Assembly: GCA_040954595.2 (NCBI GenBank)
Contig: JBECUI020000026.1
Span: 186,001 to 250,000, forward strand
Direction of reading: 5' to 3'
Length of the DNA: 64,000 nucleotides
From: Balanoglossus misakiensis
Lineage: Eukaryota > Animalia > Hemichordata
Position numbers and translations under genes: made by a program. Under the pieces are notes generated by a model. That model searched no databases, was not told the origin of the DNA, and saw nothing but the letters and a program-made list of their open reading frames with translations. Positions 15,001 through 29,400 of the stretch are shown one piece after another (the stretch's first letter is position 1; every line of letters starts with the position of its first letter).

Positions 15001-18000
15001 TGATGATTTTCACCCATGATTTTTTTCAAAAATCGACGAAATGTTGAGATTTTGCAAAGTCGAAAATTTGTCATTTTTTGATGATTTTCACCCATGATTT
15101 TTTTCAAAAATCGACGAAATTTTGAGATTTTGCAAAGTCGAAAATTTGTCATTTTTTGATGATTTTCACCCATGATTTTTTTCAAAATTGACGAAATTTT
15201 GAGATTTTGCAAAGTCGAAAATTTGTCATTTTTTGATGATTTTCACCTATGATTCTTTTCAAAAATCGACAAAATTTTAAGATTTTGCAAAGTCGAAAAT
15301 TTGTCATTTTTTGATGATTTTCACCTGTTTTTTTTTAAAAATCGACGAACCCATGATTTTTTTCAAAATCGACGAAATTTTGAGATTTTGCATAATCGAA
15401 AATGTGTCATTTTTTGATGATTTTCACCCATAATTTTTTTTCAAAAATCGACGAAATTTTGAGATTTTGCAAAGACGAAAATTTGTCATTTTTTGATGAT
15501 TTTCACCATGATTTTTTTTCAAAAATCGACGAAATTTTGTGATTTTGCATAATCGAAAATGTGTCATTTTTTGATGATTTTCACCCATGATTTTTTTTTC
15601 AAAAATCGACGAAATTTTGAGATTTTGCAAAGTCGAAAATTTGTCATTTTTTGATGATTTTCACCCATGATTTTTTTCAAAAATCGACGAAATGTTGAGA
15701 TTTTGCAAAGTCGAAAATTTGTCATTTTTTGATGATTTTCACCAATGTTGTTTTTAAAAAATCGACGAACCCATGATTTTTTTCAAAATCGACGAAATTT
15801 TGAGATTTTGCAAAGTCGAAAATTTGTCATTTTTTGATGATTTTCACCATGATTTTTTTTCAAAAATCGACGAAATTTTGAGATTTTGCAAAGTCGAAAA
15901 TTTGTCATTTTTTGATGATTTTCACCCATGATTTTTTCAAAAATCGACGAAATTTTGAGATTTTGCAAAGTCAAAAATTTGACATTTTTTGATGATTTTC
16001 ACCCATGATTTTTTTTTCAAAAATCGACGAAAGTTTGAGATTTTGCAAAGTCGAAAATTTGTCATTTTTTGATGATTTTCACCCGTTTTTTTTCAAAAAT
16101 CGACGAACCCATAATTTTTTTCAAAATCGACGAAATTTTGAGATTTTGCAAAGTCGAAAATTTGTCATTTTTTGCAGATTTTCACCCATGATTTTTTTCA
16201 AAAATCGACGAAATTTTAAGATTTTGCAAAGTCGAAAATTTGTCATTTTTTGATGATTTTCACCTGTTTTTTTTAAAAAATCGACGAACCCATGATTTTT
16301 TTCAAAAATCGACGAAATTTTAAGATTTTGCAAAGTCGAAAATTTGTCATTTTTTGATGATTTTCACCAATGTTGTTTTTAAAAAATCGACGAAATTTTG
16401 AGATTTTGCATAATCGAAAATTTGTCATTTTTTGATGATTTTCACCCATGATTTTTTTCAAAAATCGACGAAATGTTGAGATTTTGCAAAGTCGAAAATT
16501 TGTCATTTTTTGATGATTTTCATCCATGATTTTTTTTTTTTAAATTGACGAAATTTTGAGATTTTGCAAAGTCGAAAATTTGTCATTTTTTGATGATTTT
16601 CACCATGATTTTTTTTCAAAAATCGACGAAATTTTGAGATTTTGCAAAGTCGAAAATTTGTCATTTTTTGATGATTTTCACCCATGATTTTTTTCAAAAA
16701 TCGACGAAATTTTAAGATTTTGCAAAGTCGAAAATGTGTCATTTTTTGATGATTTTCACCTGTTTTTTTTTAAAAATCGACGAACCCATGATTTTTTTCA
16801 AAAATCGACGAAATTTTAAGATTTTGCAAAGTCGAAAATTTGTCATTTTTTGATGATTTTCACCCGTTTTTTTTTCAAAAATCGACGAACCCATAATTTT
16901 TTTCAAAATCGACGAAATTTTGAGATTTTGCAAAGTCGAAAATTTGTCATTTTTTGATGATTTTCACCCATGATTTTTTTCAAAAATCGACGAAATTTTA
17001 AGATTTTGCAAAGTCGAAAATTTGTCATTTTTTGATGATTTTCACCTGTTTTTTTTAAAAAATCGACGAACCCATGATTTTTTTCAAAAATCGACGAAAT
17101 TTTAAGATTTTGCAAAATCGAAAATTTGTCATTTTTTGATGATTTTCACCTGTTTTTTTTTAAAAATGGACGAAATTTTCAGATTTTGCAAAGACGAAAA
17201 TTTGTCATTTTTTGATGATTTTCACCATGACTTTTTTTCAAAAATCGACGAAATTTTGAGATTTTGCAAAGTCGAAAATTTGTCATTTTTTGATGATTTT
17301 CACCCATGATTTTTTTTCAAAAATGGACGAAATTTTCAAATTTTGCAAAGACGAAAATTTGTCATTTTTTGATGATTTTCACCATGATTTTTTTTCAAAA
17401 ATCGACGAAATTGTGAGATTTTGCAAAGTCGATAATTTGTCATTTTTTGATGATTTTCACCCATGATTTTTTTTCAAAAATGGACGATATTTTCAGATTT
17501 TGCAAAGACGAAAATTTGTCATTTTTTGATGATTTTCACCCTGATTTTTTTTCAAAAATCGACGAAATTGTGAGATTTTGCAAAGTCGATAATTTGTCAT
17601 TTTTTGATGATTTTCACCCATGATTTTTTTTCAAAAATGGACGATATTTTCAGATTTTGCAAAGACGAAAATTTGTCATTTTTTGATGATTTTCACCCTG
17701 ATTTTTTTTCAAAAATCGACGAAATTGTGAGATTTTGCAAAGTCGAAAATTTGTCATTTTTTGATGATTTTCACCCATGATTTTTTTTCAAAAATGGACG
17801 AAATTTTCAGATTTTGCAAAGACGAAAATTTGTCATTTTTTGATGATTTTCACCATGACTTTTTTTCAAAAATCGACGAAATTTTGAGATTTTACAAAGA
17901 CGAAAATTTGTCATTTTTTGATGATTTTCACCTGTTTTTTTTTAAAAATCGACGAACCCATGATTTTTTTCAAAATCGACGAAATTTTGAGATTTTGCAT

Positions 18001-21000
18001 AATCGAAAATGTTGTCATTTTTTGATGATTTTCACCCATGATTTTTTTTCAAAAATGGACGAAATTTTCAGATTTTGCAAAGACGAAAATTTGTCATTTT
18101 TTGATGATTTTCACCATGATTTTTTTCAAAATCGACGAAATTTTGAGATTTTGCAAAGACGAAAATTTGTCATTTTTTGATGATTTTCACCATGTTTTTT
18201 TTTTTAAATGGACGAAATTTTGAGATTTTGCAAAGTCGAAAATTTGTCATTTTTTGATGATTTTCACCCATGATTTTTTTCAAAAATCGACGAAATGTTG
18301 AGATTTTGCAAAGTCGAAAATTTGTCATTTTTTGATGATTTTCATCCATGATTTTTTTTTAAAATTGACGAAATTTTGAGATTTTGCAAAGTCGAAAATT
18401 TGTCATTTTTTGATGATTTTCACCATGATTTTTTTTCAAAATCGACGAAATTTTGAGATTTTGCATAATCGAAAATTTTGTCATTTTTTGATGATTTTCA
18501 CCCATGATTTTTTTTCAAAAATGGACCAAATTTTTAGATTTTGCAAAGACGAAAATTTGTCATTTTTTGATGATTTTCACCATGATTTTTTTTCAAAAAT
18601 CGACGAAATTGTGAGATTTTGCAAAGTCGATAATTTGTCATTTTTTGATGATTTTCCCCCAATGGTTTTTTTCAAAATCGACGAAATTTTGAGATTTTGC
18701 AAAGTCGAAAATTTGTCATTTTTTGATGATTTTCCCCCATGTTTTTTTTTTAAATGGACGAAATTTTGAGATTTTGCAAAGTCGAAAATTTGTCATTTTT
18801 TGATGATTTTCACCCATGATTTTTTTCAAAAATCGACGAAATGTTGAGATTTTGCAAAGTCGAAAATTTGTCATTTTTTGATGATTTTTATCCATGATTT
18901 TTTTTTTAAAATTGACGAAATTTTGAGATTTTGCAAAGTCGAAAATTTGTCATTTTTTGATGATTGTCACCAATGTTGTTTTTAAAAAATCGACGAACCC
19001 ATGATTTTTTTCAAAATCGACGAAATTTTGAGATTTTGCAAAGTCGAAAATTTGTCATTTTTTGATGATTTTCAACCATTATTTTTTTTCAAAAATCGAC
19101 GAAATTTTGAGATTTTGTAGTCAAAAATTTGTCATTTTTTGATGATTTTCACCCATATTATTTTTAAAAAACCGACGAAATTTTGAGATTTTGCAAAGTC
19201 GAAAATTTGTCATTTTTTGATGATTTTCACCCATGTTTTTTTTTTAAAAATCGACGAACCTATGATTTTTTTCAAAATCGACGAAATTTTGTGATTTTGC
19301 AAAGTCGAAAATTTTGTCATTTTTTGATGATTTTCAACCATATTGTTTTTCAAAAACCGACGAAATTTTGAGATTTTGCATAGACGAAAATTTGTCATTT
19401 TTTGATGATTTGCACCCATGATTTTTTCAAAAATTGACGAAATTTTGAGATTTTGCAAAGTCGAAAATTTGTCATTTTTTGATGATTTTCACCCATGATT
19501 TTTTTCAAAAATCGACGAAATGTTGAGATTTTGCAAAGTCGAAAATTTGTCATTTTTTCAAGATTTTCACCCATGATTTTTTTTCAAAAATGGACGAAAT
19601 TTTGAGATTTTGCAAAGTCGAAAATTTGTCATTTTTTGATGATTTTCACCCATGATTTTTTTCAAAAATCGACGAAATGTTGAGATTTTGCGAAGTCGAA
19701 AATTTGTAATTTTTTGATGATTTTCACCCATGATTTTTTTCAAAAATCGACGAAATTGTGAGATTTTGCAAAGTCGATAATTTGTCATTTTTTGATGATT
19801 TTCCCCCAATGGTTTTTTTCAAAATCGACGAAATTTTGAGATTTTGCAAAGTCGAAAATTTGTCATTTTTTGATGATTTTCCCCCATGATTTTTTTTTTA
19901 AATGGACGAAATTTTGAGATTTTGCAAAGTCGAAAATTTGTCATTTTTTGATGATTTTCACCCATGATTTTTTTCAAAAATCGACGAAATGTTGAGATTT
20001 TGCAAAGTCGAAAATTTGTCATTTTTTGATGATTTTCACCCATGATTTTTTTCAAAAATCGACGAAATGTTGAGATTTTGCAAAGTCGAAAATTTGTCAT
20101 TTTTTGATGATTTTCCCCCGTTTTTTTTTTTAAAATGGACGAAATTTTGAGATTTTGCAAAGTCGATAATTTGTCATTTTTTGATGATTTTCCCCCATGT
20201 TTTTTTTTTTAAATGGACGAAATTTTGAGATTTTGCAAAGTCGAAAATTTGTCATTTTTTGACGATTTTCGTGAGCCGTGACCTATGATTTTTTTCAAAA
20301 AATGCAGAAATTTTGAACTTTCGGAAAGTCCAAAAATTGGCATTTTTGGACGATTTTCGTGAGCCGTGACCCATGATTTTTTTCAAAAAATGCAGAAATT
20401 TTGAACTTTCGAAAAGTCGAAAAATTGTCATTTTAGAACAATTTTCGTGAGCCGTGACCCATGATTTTTTTCAAAAAAATGCAGAAATTTTGAGATTTTG
20501 CAAAGTCGAAAATTTGTCATTTTTTGATGATTTTCACCCATGATTTTTTTCAAAAATCGACGAAATGTTGAGATTTTGCAAAGTCGAAAATTTGTCATTT
20601 TTTGATGATTTTCATCCATGATTTTTTTTTAAAATTGACGAAATTTTGAGATTTTGCAAAGTCGAAAATTTGTCATTTTTTGACGATTTTCGTGAGCCGT
20701 GACCTATGATTTTTTTCAAAAAATGCAGAAATTTTGAACTTTCGGAAAGTCCAAAAATTGGCATTTTTGGACGATTTTCGTGAGCCGTGACCCATGATTT
20801 TTTTCAAAAAATGCAGAAATTTTGAACTTTCGAAAAGTCGAAAAATTGTCATTTTAGAACAATTTTCGTGAGCCGTGACCCATGATTTTTTTCAAAAAAA
20901 TGCAGAAATTTTGAGATTTTGCAAAGTCGAAAATTTGTCATTTTTTGATGATTTTCACCCATGATTTTTTTCAAAAATCGACGAAATGTTGAGATTTTGC

Positions 21001-23498
21001 AAAGTCGAAAATTTGTCATTTTTTGATGATTTTCATCCATGATTTTTTTTTAAAATTGACGAAATTTTGAGATTTTGCAAAGTCGAAAATTTGTCATTTT
21101 TTGATGATTTTCACCATGATTTTTTTTCAAAATCGACGAAATTTTGAGATTTTGCATAATCGAAAATTTTGTCATTTTTTGATGATTTTCACCCATGATT
21201 TTTTTTCAAAAATCGACGAAATTGTGAGATTTTGCAAAGTCGATAATTTGTCATTTTTTGATGATTTTCCCCCAATGGTTTTTTTCAAAATCGACGAAAT
21301 TTTGAGATTTTGCAAAGTCGAAAATTTGTCATTTTTTGATGATTTTCCCCCATGTTTTTTTTTTAAATGGACGAAATTTTGAGATTTTGCAAAGTCGAAA
21401 ATTTGTCATTTTTTGATGATTTTCACCCATGATTTTTTTCAAAAATCGACGAAATGTTGAGATTTTGCAAAGTCGAAAATTTGTCATTTTTTGATGATTT
21501 TCATCCATGATTTTTTTTTTTAAATTGACGAAATTTTGAGATTTTGCAAAGTCGAAAATTTGTCATTTTTTGATGATTGTCACCAATGTTGTTTTTAAAA
21601 AATCGACGAACCCATGATTTTTTTCAAAATCGACGAAATTTTGAGATTTTGCAAAGTCGAAAATTTGTCATTTTTTGATGATTTTCACCCATGATTTTTT
21701 TCAAAAATCGACGAAATGTTGAGATTTTGCAAAGTCGAAAATTTGTCATTTTTTGATGATTTTCACCCATGATTTTTTTCAAAAAAATGCAGAAATTTTG
21801 AGATTTTGCAAAGTCGAAAATTTGTCATTTTTTGATGATTTTCACCCATGATTTTTTTCAAAAATCGACGAAATGTTGAGATTTTGCAAAGTCGAAAATT
21901 TGTCATTTTTTGATGATTTTCATCCATGATTTTTTTTTAAAATTGACGAAATTTTGAGATTTTGCAAAGTCGAAAATTTGTCATTTTTTGATGATTTTCA
22001 CCATGATTTTTTTTCAAAATCGACGAAATTTTGAGATTTTGCATAATCGAAAATTTTGTCATTTTTTGATGATTTTCACCCATGATTTTTTTTCAAAAAT
22101 CGACGAAATTGTGAGATTTTGCAAAGTCGATAATTTGTCATTTTTTGATGATTTTCCCCCAATGGTTTTTTTCAAAATCGACGAAATTTTGAGATTTTGC
22201 AAAGTCGAAAATTTGTCATTTTTTGATGATTTTCCCCCATGTTTTTTTTTTAAATGGACGAAATTTTGAGATTTTGCAAAGTCGAAAATTTGTCATTTTT
22301 TGATGATTTTCACCCATGATTTTTTTCAAAAATCGACGAAATGTTGAGATTTTGCAAAGTCGAAAATTTGTCATTTTTTGATGATTTTCATCCATGATTT
22401 TTTTTTTTAAATTGACGAAATTTTGAGATTTTGCAAAGTCGAAAATTTGTCATTTTTTGATGATTGTCACCAATGTTGTTTTTAAAAAATCGACGAACCC
22501 ATGATTTTTTTCAAAATCGACGAAATTTTGAGATTTTGCAAAGTCGAAAATTTGTCATTTTTTGATGATTTTCAACCATTATTTTTTTTCAAAAATCGAC
22601 GAAATTTTGAGATTTTGTAGTCAAAAATTTGTCATTTTTTGATGATTTTCACCCATATTATTTTTAAAAAACCGACGAAATTTTGAGATTTTGCAAAGTC
22701 GAAAATTTGTCATTTTTTGATGATTTTCACCCATATTATTTTTAAAAAACCGACGAAATTTTGAGATTTTGCATAGACGAAAATTTGTCATTTTTTGATG
22801 ATTTGCACCAATGATTTTTTCAAAAATTGACGAAATTTTGAGATTTTGCAAATTCGAAAATTTGTCATTTTTTGATGATTTTCACCCATGATTTTTTTCA
22901 AAAATCGACGAAATGTTGAGATTTTGCAAAGTCGAAAATTTGTCATTTTTTCAAGATTTTCACCCATGATTTTTTTTCAAAAATGGACGAAATTTTGAGA
23001 TTTTGCAAAGTCGAAAATTTGTCATTTTTTGATGATTTTCACCCATGATTTTTTTCAAAAATCGACGAAATGTTGAGATTTTGCGAAGTCGAAAATTTGT
23101 AATTTTTTGATGATTTTCACCCATGATTTTTTTCAAAAATCGACGAAATTGTGAGATTTTGCAAAGTCGATAATTTGTCATTTTTTGATGATTTTCCCCC
23201 AATGGTTTTTTTCAAAATCGACGAAATTTTGAGATTTTGCAAAGTCGAAAATTTGTCATTTTTTGATGATTTTCCCCCATGTTTTTTTTTTTAAAATGGA
23301 CGAAATTTTGAGATTTTGCAAAGTCGAAAATTTGTCATTTTTTGATGATTTTCCCCCGTTTTTTTTTTTAAAATGGACGAAATTTTGAGATTTTGCAAAG
23401 TCGATAATTTGTCATTTTTTGATGATTTTCCCCCATGTTTTTTTTTTTAAATGGACGAAATTTTGAGATTTTGCAAAGTCGAAAATTTGTCATTTTTT
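1..23498 (+). repeat. Satellite A array, 78-bp monomer with ~104-bp variants carrying an extra sub-repeat; continues beyond the window start
   Basis: Consensus TTTTCACCCATGATTTTTTTCAAAAATCGACGAAATTTTGAGATTTTGCAAAGTCGAAAATTTGTCATTTTTTGATGA counts to 78 bp. Spurious minus-strand ORFs repeat every 26 aa (KISKFRRFLKKIMGENHQKMTNFRLC), matching 78 bp. Confidence 0.97.
20262..20910 (+). repeat. Two short SatB blocks (~20262-20490 and ~20682-20910) interleaved within SatA
   Basis: GACGATTTTCGTGAGCCGTGACC monomers appear and then revert to SatA. Identical ORFs at 20428 and 20849 show a 421-bp duplication. Confidence 0.9.
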
Positions 23499-26400
23499 GA
23501 CGATTTTCGTGAGCCGTGACCTATGATTTTTTTCAAAAAATGCAGAAATTTTGAACTTTCGGAAAGTCCAAAAATTGGCATTTTTGGACGATTTTCGTGA
23601 GCCGTGACCCATGATTTTTTTCAAAAAATGCAGAAATTTTGAACTTTCGAAAAGTCGAAAAATTGTCATTTTAGAACAATTTTCGTGAGCCGTGACCCAT
23701 GATTTTTTTCAAAAAAATGCAGAAATTTTGAACTTTCGAAAAGTCGAAAAATTGTCATTTTTGGACGATTTTCGTGAGCCGTAACCCATGATTCTTTTCA
23801 AAAAATGCAGAAATTTTGAACTTTCGCAAAGTAGAAAAATTCCATTTTTGGACGATTTTCGTGAGCCGTAACCCATGATTTTTTTTCAAAAAATGCAGAA
23901 ATTTTGATCTTTCGCAAAGTCGAAAAATTTTCATTTTTGGACGATTTTCGTGAGCCGTAACCCATGATTTTTTTACAAAAAATGCAGAAATTTTGAACTT
24001 TCGCAAAGTCGAAAAATTGGCATTTTTGGACACTTTTGCAAAGTCGAAAAATTGGCATTTTTGGACGATTTTCATGAGCCGTAACCCATGATCTGTTTCA
24101 AAAAATGAAGAAATTTTGAACTTTCGCAAAGTAGAAAAATTGTCATTTTTGGACGATTTTCGTGAACCGTAACTCATGATTTTTTTTCAAAAAATGCAGA
24201 AATTTTGATCTTTCGCAAAATCGAAAAATTGTCATTTTTGGACGATTTTCGTGAGCCGTAACCCATGATTTTTTTCAAAAAATGCAGAAATTTTGAACTT
24301 TCGCATAGTCGAAAAATTGTCATTTTTAGACGATTTTCGTGAGCCGTGACCTATGATTTTTTTTCAAAAAAATGCAGAAATTTTGAATTTCGCAAAGTCG
24401 AAAATTTGTCATATTTGGACGATTTTCGTGAGCCGTGACCCAAGATTTTTTTCAAAAAATGCACAAATTTTGAATTTCGCGAAGTCGAAAAATTGTCATT
24501 TTTAGACGATTTTCGTGAGCCGTGACCTATGATTTTTTTCAAAAAATGCAGAAATTTTGAACTTTCGCAAAGTCGAAAAATTGGCATTTTTGGACACTTT
24601 TGCAAAGTCGAAAAATTGTCATTTTTGGACGATTTTCGTGAGCCGTGACCCATGATTTTTTTCAAAAAATGCAGAAATTTTGAACTTTCGCAAAGTCGAA
24701 AAATTGTCATTTTTAGACGATTTTCGTGAGCCGTGACCTATGATTTTTTCAAAAAAATGCAGAAATTTTGAATTTCGCAAAGTCGAAAAATTGTCATTTT
24801 TGGACGATTTTCGTGAGCCGTGACCCATGATTTTTTTCAAAAAATGCAGAAATTTTGAACTTTGGAAAAATCGAAAAATTGTCATTTTGGACGATTTTCG
24901 TGAGCCGTAACCAATGATATTTTTTCAAAAATTGCAGAAATTGTGAACGTTCGCAAAGTCGAAAAATTGTCATTTTTGGACGATTTTCTTGAGCCGTGAC
25001 CCATGATTTTTTTCAAAAAAAGGAAATTTCGAACTTTAGCAAAGTCGAAAAATTGTCATTTTTGGACGATTTTCGTGAGCCGTGACCCATAATTTTTTTC
25101 AAAAAAATGCAGAAATTTTGAATTTCGCAAAGTCGAAAAAATGTCATTTTTGGACGATTTTCGTGAGCCGTGACCCAAGATTTTTTTCAAAAAATGCAGA
25201 AATTTTGAATTTCGCAAAGTCGAAAAATTGTCATTTTAAGACGATTTTCGTGAGCCGTGACCTATGATTTTTTTCAAAAAATGCAGAAATTTTGAATTTC
25301 GCAAAGTCGAAAAATTTTCATTTTTAGACGATTTTCGTGAGCCGTGACCCAACATTTTTTTTCAAAAAATGCAGAAAATTTGAATTTCGCAAAGTCAAAA
25401 AATTGTCATTTTTAGACGATTTTCGTGAGCCGTGACCAATGATATTTTTTCAAAAATTGCAGAAATTTTGAACTTTCGCAAAGTCGAAAAATTGTCATTT
25501 TTGGACGATTTTCGTGAGCCGTGACCCATGATTTTTTTCAAAAAAAGGAAATTTCGAACTTTCGCAAAGTCGAAAAATTGTCATTTTTGGACTATTTTCA
25601 TGAGCAGTGACCCATGATTTTTTTCAAAAAAATGCAGAAATTTTGAATTTCGCAAAGTCGAAAAAATGTCATTTTTGGACGATTTTCGTGAGCCGTGACC
25701 CAAGATTTTTTTCAAAAAATGCAGAAATTTTTAATTTCGCAAAGTCGAAAAATTGTCATTTTAAGACGATTTTCGTGAGCCGTGACCTATGATTTTTTTC
25801 AAAAAATGCAGAAATTTTGAATTTCGCAAAGTCGAAAAATTGTCATTTTTAGACGATTTTCGTGAGCCGTGACCCAACATTTTTTTTCAAAAAATGCAGA
25901 AAATTTGAATTTCGCAAAGTCAAAAAATTGTCATTTTTAGACGATTTTCGTGAGCCGTGACCTATGATTTTTTTCAAAAAATGCAGAAATTTTGAACTTT
26001 CGCAAAGTCGAAAAATTGTCATTTTTGGACGATTTTCGTGAGCCGTGACCCAAGATTTTTTTTCAAAAAATGAAATTTCGAACTTTCGCAAAGTCGAAAA
26101 ATTGTCATTTTTGGACGATTTTCGTGAGCCGTAACCCATGATTTTTTTCAAAAATGCAGAAATTTTGAACTTTCGCAAAGTCGAAAAATTGTCATTTTTG
26201 GACGATTTTCGTGAGCCGTAACCCATGATTTTTTTCAAAAAATGCAGAAATTTTGAACTTTCGCAAAGTAGAAAAATTGTTATTTTTGGACGATTTTCGT
26301 GAGCCGTAACCTATGATTTTTTTCAAAAAATGCAGAAATTTTGATTTTTCGCAAAGTAGAAAAATTGTTATTTTTGGACGATTTTCGTGAGCCGTAACCC

Positions 26401-29400
26401 AAGATTTTTTTCAAAAAATAAAGAAATTTTGAACGTTCACAAAGTCAAAAAAAATTCATTTTTGGACGATTTTCGTGAGCCGTAACCCATGATTTTTTTT
26501 CAAAAAATGCAGAAATTTTGATCTTTCGCAAAGTCGAAAAATTGGCATTTTTGGACGATTTTCATGAGCCGTAACCCATGATTTGTTTCAAAAAATGAAG
26601 AAATTTTGAACTTTCGCAAAGTAGAAAAATTGTCATTTTTGGACGATTTTCGTGAACCGTAACCCATGATTTTTTTTCAAAAAATGCAGAAATTTTGATC
26701 TTTCGCAAAGTCGAAAAATTGTCATTTTGGACGATTTTCGTGAGCCGTAACCCATGATTTTATTCAAAAAATGTAGAAATTTAGAACTTTCGCAAAGTCG
26801 AAAAATAGTCATTTTTGGACGATTTTCGTGAGCCGTAACCCAAGATTTTTTTCAAAAAATGAAGAAATTTTGAACTTTCGCAAAGTAGAAAAATTGTCAT
26901 TTTTGGACGATTTTCGTGAGCCGTAACCCATGATTTTTTTTTCAAAAAATGCAGAAATTTTGATCTTTCGCAAAGTCGAAAAATTGTCATTTTTGGACGA
27001 TTTTCGTGAGCCGTAACCTATGATTTTTTTCAAAAAATGTAGAAATTTAGAACTTTCGCAAAGTCGACAAATAGTCATTTTTGGACGATTTTCGTGAGCC
27101 GTAACCCAAGATTGTTTTCAAAAAATGAAGAAATTTTGAACGTTCACAAAGTCGAAAAAATTTCATTTTTGGACGATTTTCGTGAGCCGTAACCCATGAT
27201 TTTTTTTCAAAAAATGCAGAAATTTTGATCTTTCGCAAAGTCGAAAAATTGGCATTTTTGGACGATTTTCATGAGCCGTAACCCATGATTTGTTTCAAAA
27301 AATGAAGAAATTTTGAACTTTCGCAAAGTAGAAAAATTGTCATTTTTGGACGATTTTCGTGAACCGTAACCCAAGATTTTTTTTCAAAAAATGCAGAAAT
27401 TTTGATCTTTCGCAAAGTCGAAAAACTGTCATTTTTGGACGATTTTCGTGAGCCGTAACCCATGATTTTTTTCAAAAAACGTAGAAATTTAGAACTTTCG
27501 CAAAGTCGAAAAATAGTCATTTTTGGACGATTTTCGTGAGCCGTAACCCAAGATTTTTTTCAAAAAATGAAGACATTTTGAACTTTCGCAAAGTCGAAAA
27601 ATAGTCATTTTCGGACGATTTTCGTGAGCCGTAACCCAAGATTTTTTTCAAAAAATGAAGAAATTTTGAACGTTCACAAAGTCAAAAAAATTTCATTTTT
27701 GGACGATTTTCGTGAGCCGTAACCCATGATTTTTTTTTCAAAAAATGCAGAAATTTTGATCTTTCGCAAAGACGAAAAATTGGCATTTTTGGACGATTTT
27801 CATGAGCCGTAACCCATGATTTGTTTCAAAAAATGAAGAAATTTTGAACTTTCGCAAAGTAGAAAAATTGTCATTTTTGGACGATTTTCGTGAACCGTAA
27901 CCCATGATTTTTTTTCAAAAAATGCAGAAATTTTGATCTTTCGCAAAGTCGAAAAATTGTCATTTTTGGACGATTTTCGTGAGCCGTAACCCAAGATTTT
28001 TTTCAAAAAATGAAGAAATTTTGAACGTTCACAAAGTCGAAAAAATATCATTTTTGGACGATTTTCGTGAGCCGTAACCCATGATTTTTTTTCAAAAAAT
28101 GCAGAAACTTTGATTTTTCGCAAAGTCGAAAAATTGTCATTTTTGGACGATTTTCGTGAGCCGTAACCCATGATTTTATTCAAAAAATGTAGAAATTTTG
28201 AACTTTCGCAAAGTCGAAAAATAGTCATTTTTGGACGATTTTCGTGAGCCGTAACCCAAGATTTTTTTCAAAAAATGAAGACATTTTGAACTTTCGCAAA
28301 GTCGAAAAATAGTCATTTTCGGACGATTTTCGTGAGCCGTAACCCAAGATTTTTTTCAAAAAATGAAGAAATTTTGAACGTTCACAAAGTCAAAAAAATT
28401 TCATTTTTGGACGATTTTCGTGAGCCGTAACCCATGATTTTTTTTTCAAAAAATGCAGAAATTTTGATCTTTCGCAAAGACGAAAAATTGGCATTTTTGG
28501 ACGATTTTCATGAGCCGTAACCCATGATTTGTTTCAAAAAATGAAGAAATTTTGAACTTTCGCAAAGTAGAAAAATTGTCATTTTTGGACGATTTTCGTG
28601 AACCGTAACCCATGATTTTTTTTCAAAAAATGCAGAAATTTTGATCTTTCGCAAAGTCGAAAAATTGTCATTTTTGGACGATTTTCGTGAGCCGTAACCC
28701 AAGATTTTTTTCAAAAAATGAAGAAATTTTGAACGTTCACAAAGTCGAAAAAATATCATTTTTGGACGATTTTCGTGAGCCGTAACCCATGATTTTTTTT
28801 CAAAAAATGCAGAAACTTTGATTTTTCGCAAAGTCGAAAAATTGTCATTTTTGGACGATTTTCGTGAGCCGTAACCCATGATTTTATTCAAAAAATGTAG
28901 AAATTTTGAACTTTCGCAAAGTAGAAAAATAGTCATTTTTGGACGATTTTCGTGAGCCGTGACCTATGATTTTTTTCAAAAAATGCAGAAATTTTGAACT
29001 TTCGCAAAGTCGAAAAATTGTCATTTTTGGACGATTTTCGTGAGCCGTGACCCAAGATTTTTTTTCAAAAAATGAAATTTCGAACTTTCGCAAAGTCGAA
29101 AAATTGTCATTTTTGGACGATTTTCGTGAGCCGTAACCCATGATTTTTTTCAAAAATGCAGAAATTTTGAACTTTCGCAAAGTCGAAAAATTGTCATTTT
29201 TGGACGATTTTCGTGAGCCGTAACCCATGATTTTTTTCAAAAAATGCAGAAATTTTGAACTTTCGCAAAGTAGAAAAATTGTTATTTTTGGACGATTTTC
29301 GTGAGCCGTAACCTATGATTTTTTTCAAAAAATGAAGAAATTTTGAACGTTCACAAAGTCGAAAAAATTTCATTTTTGGACGATTTTCGTGAGCCGTAAC

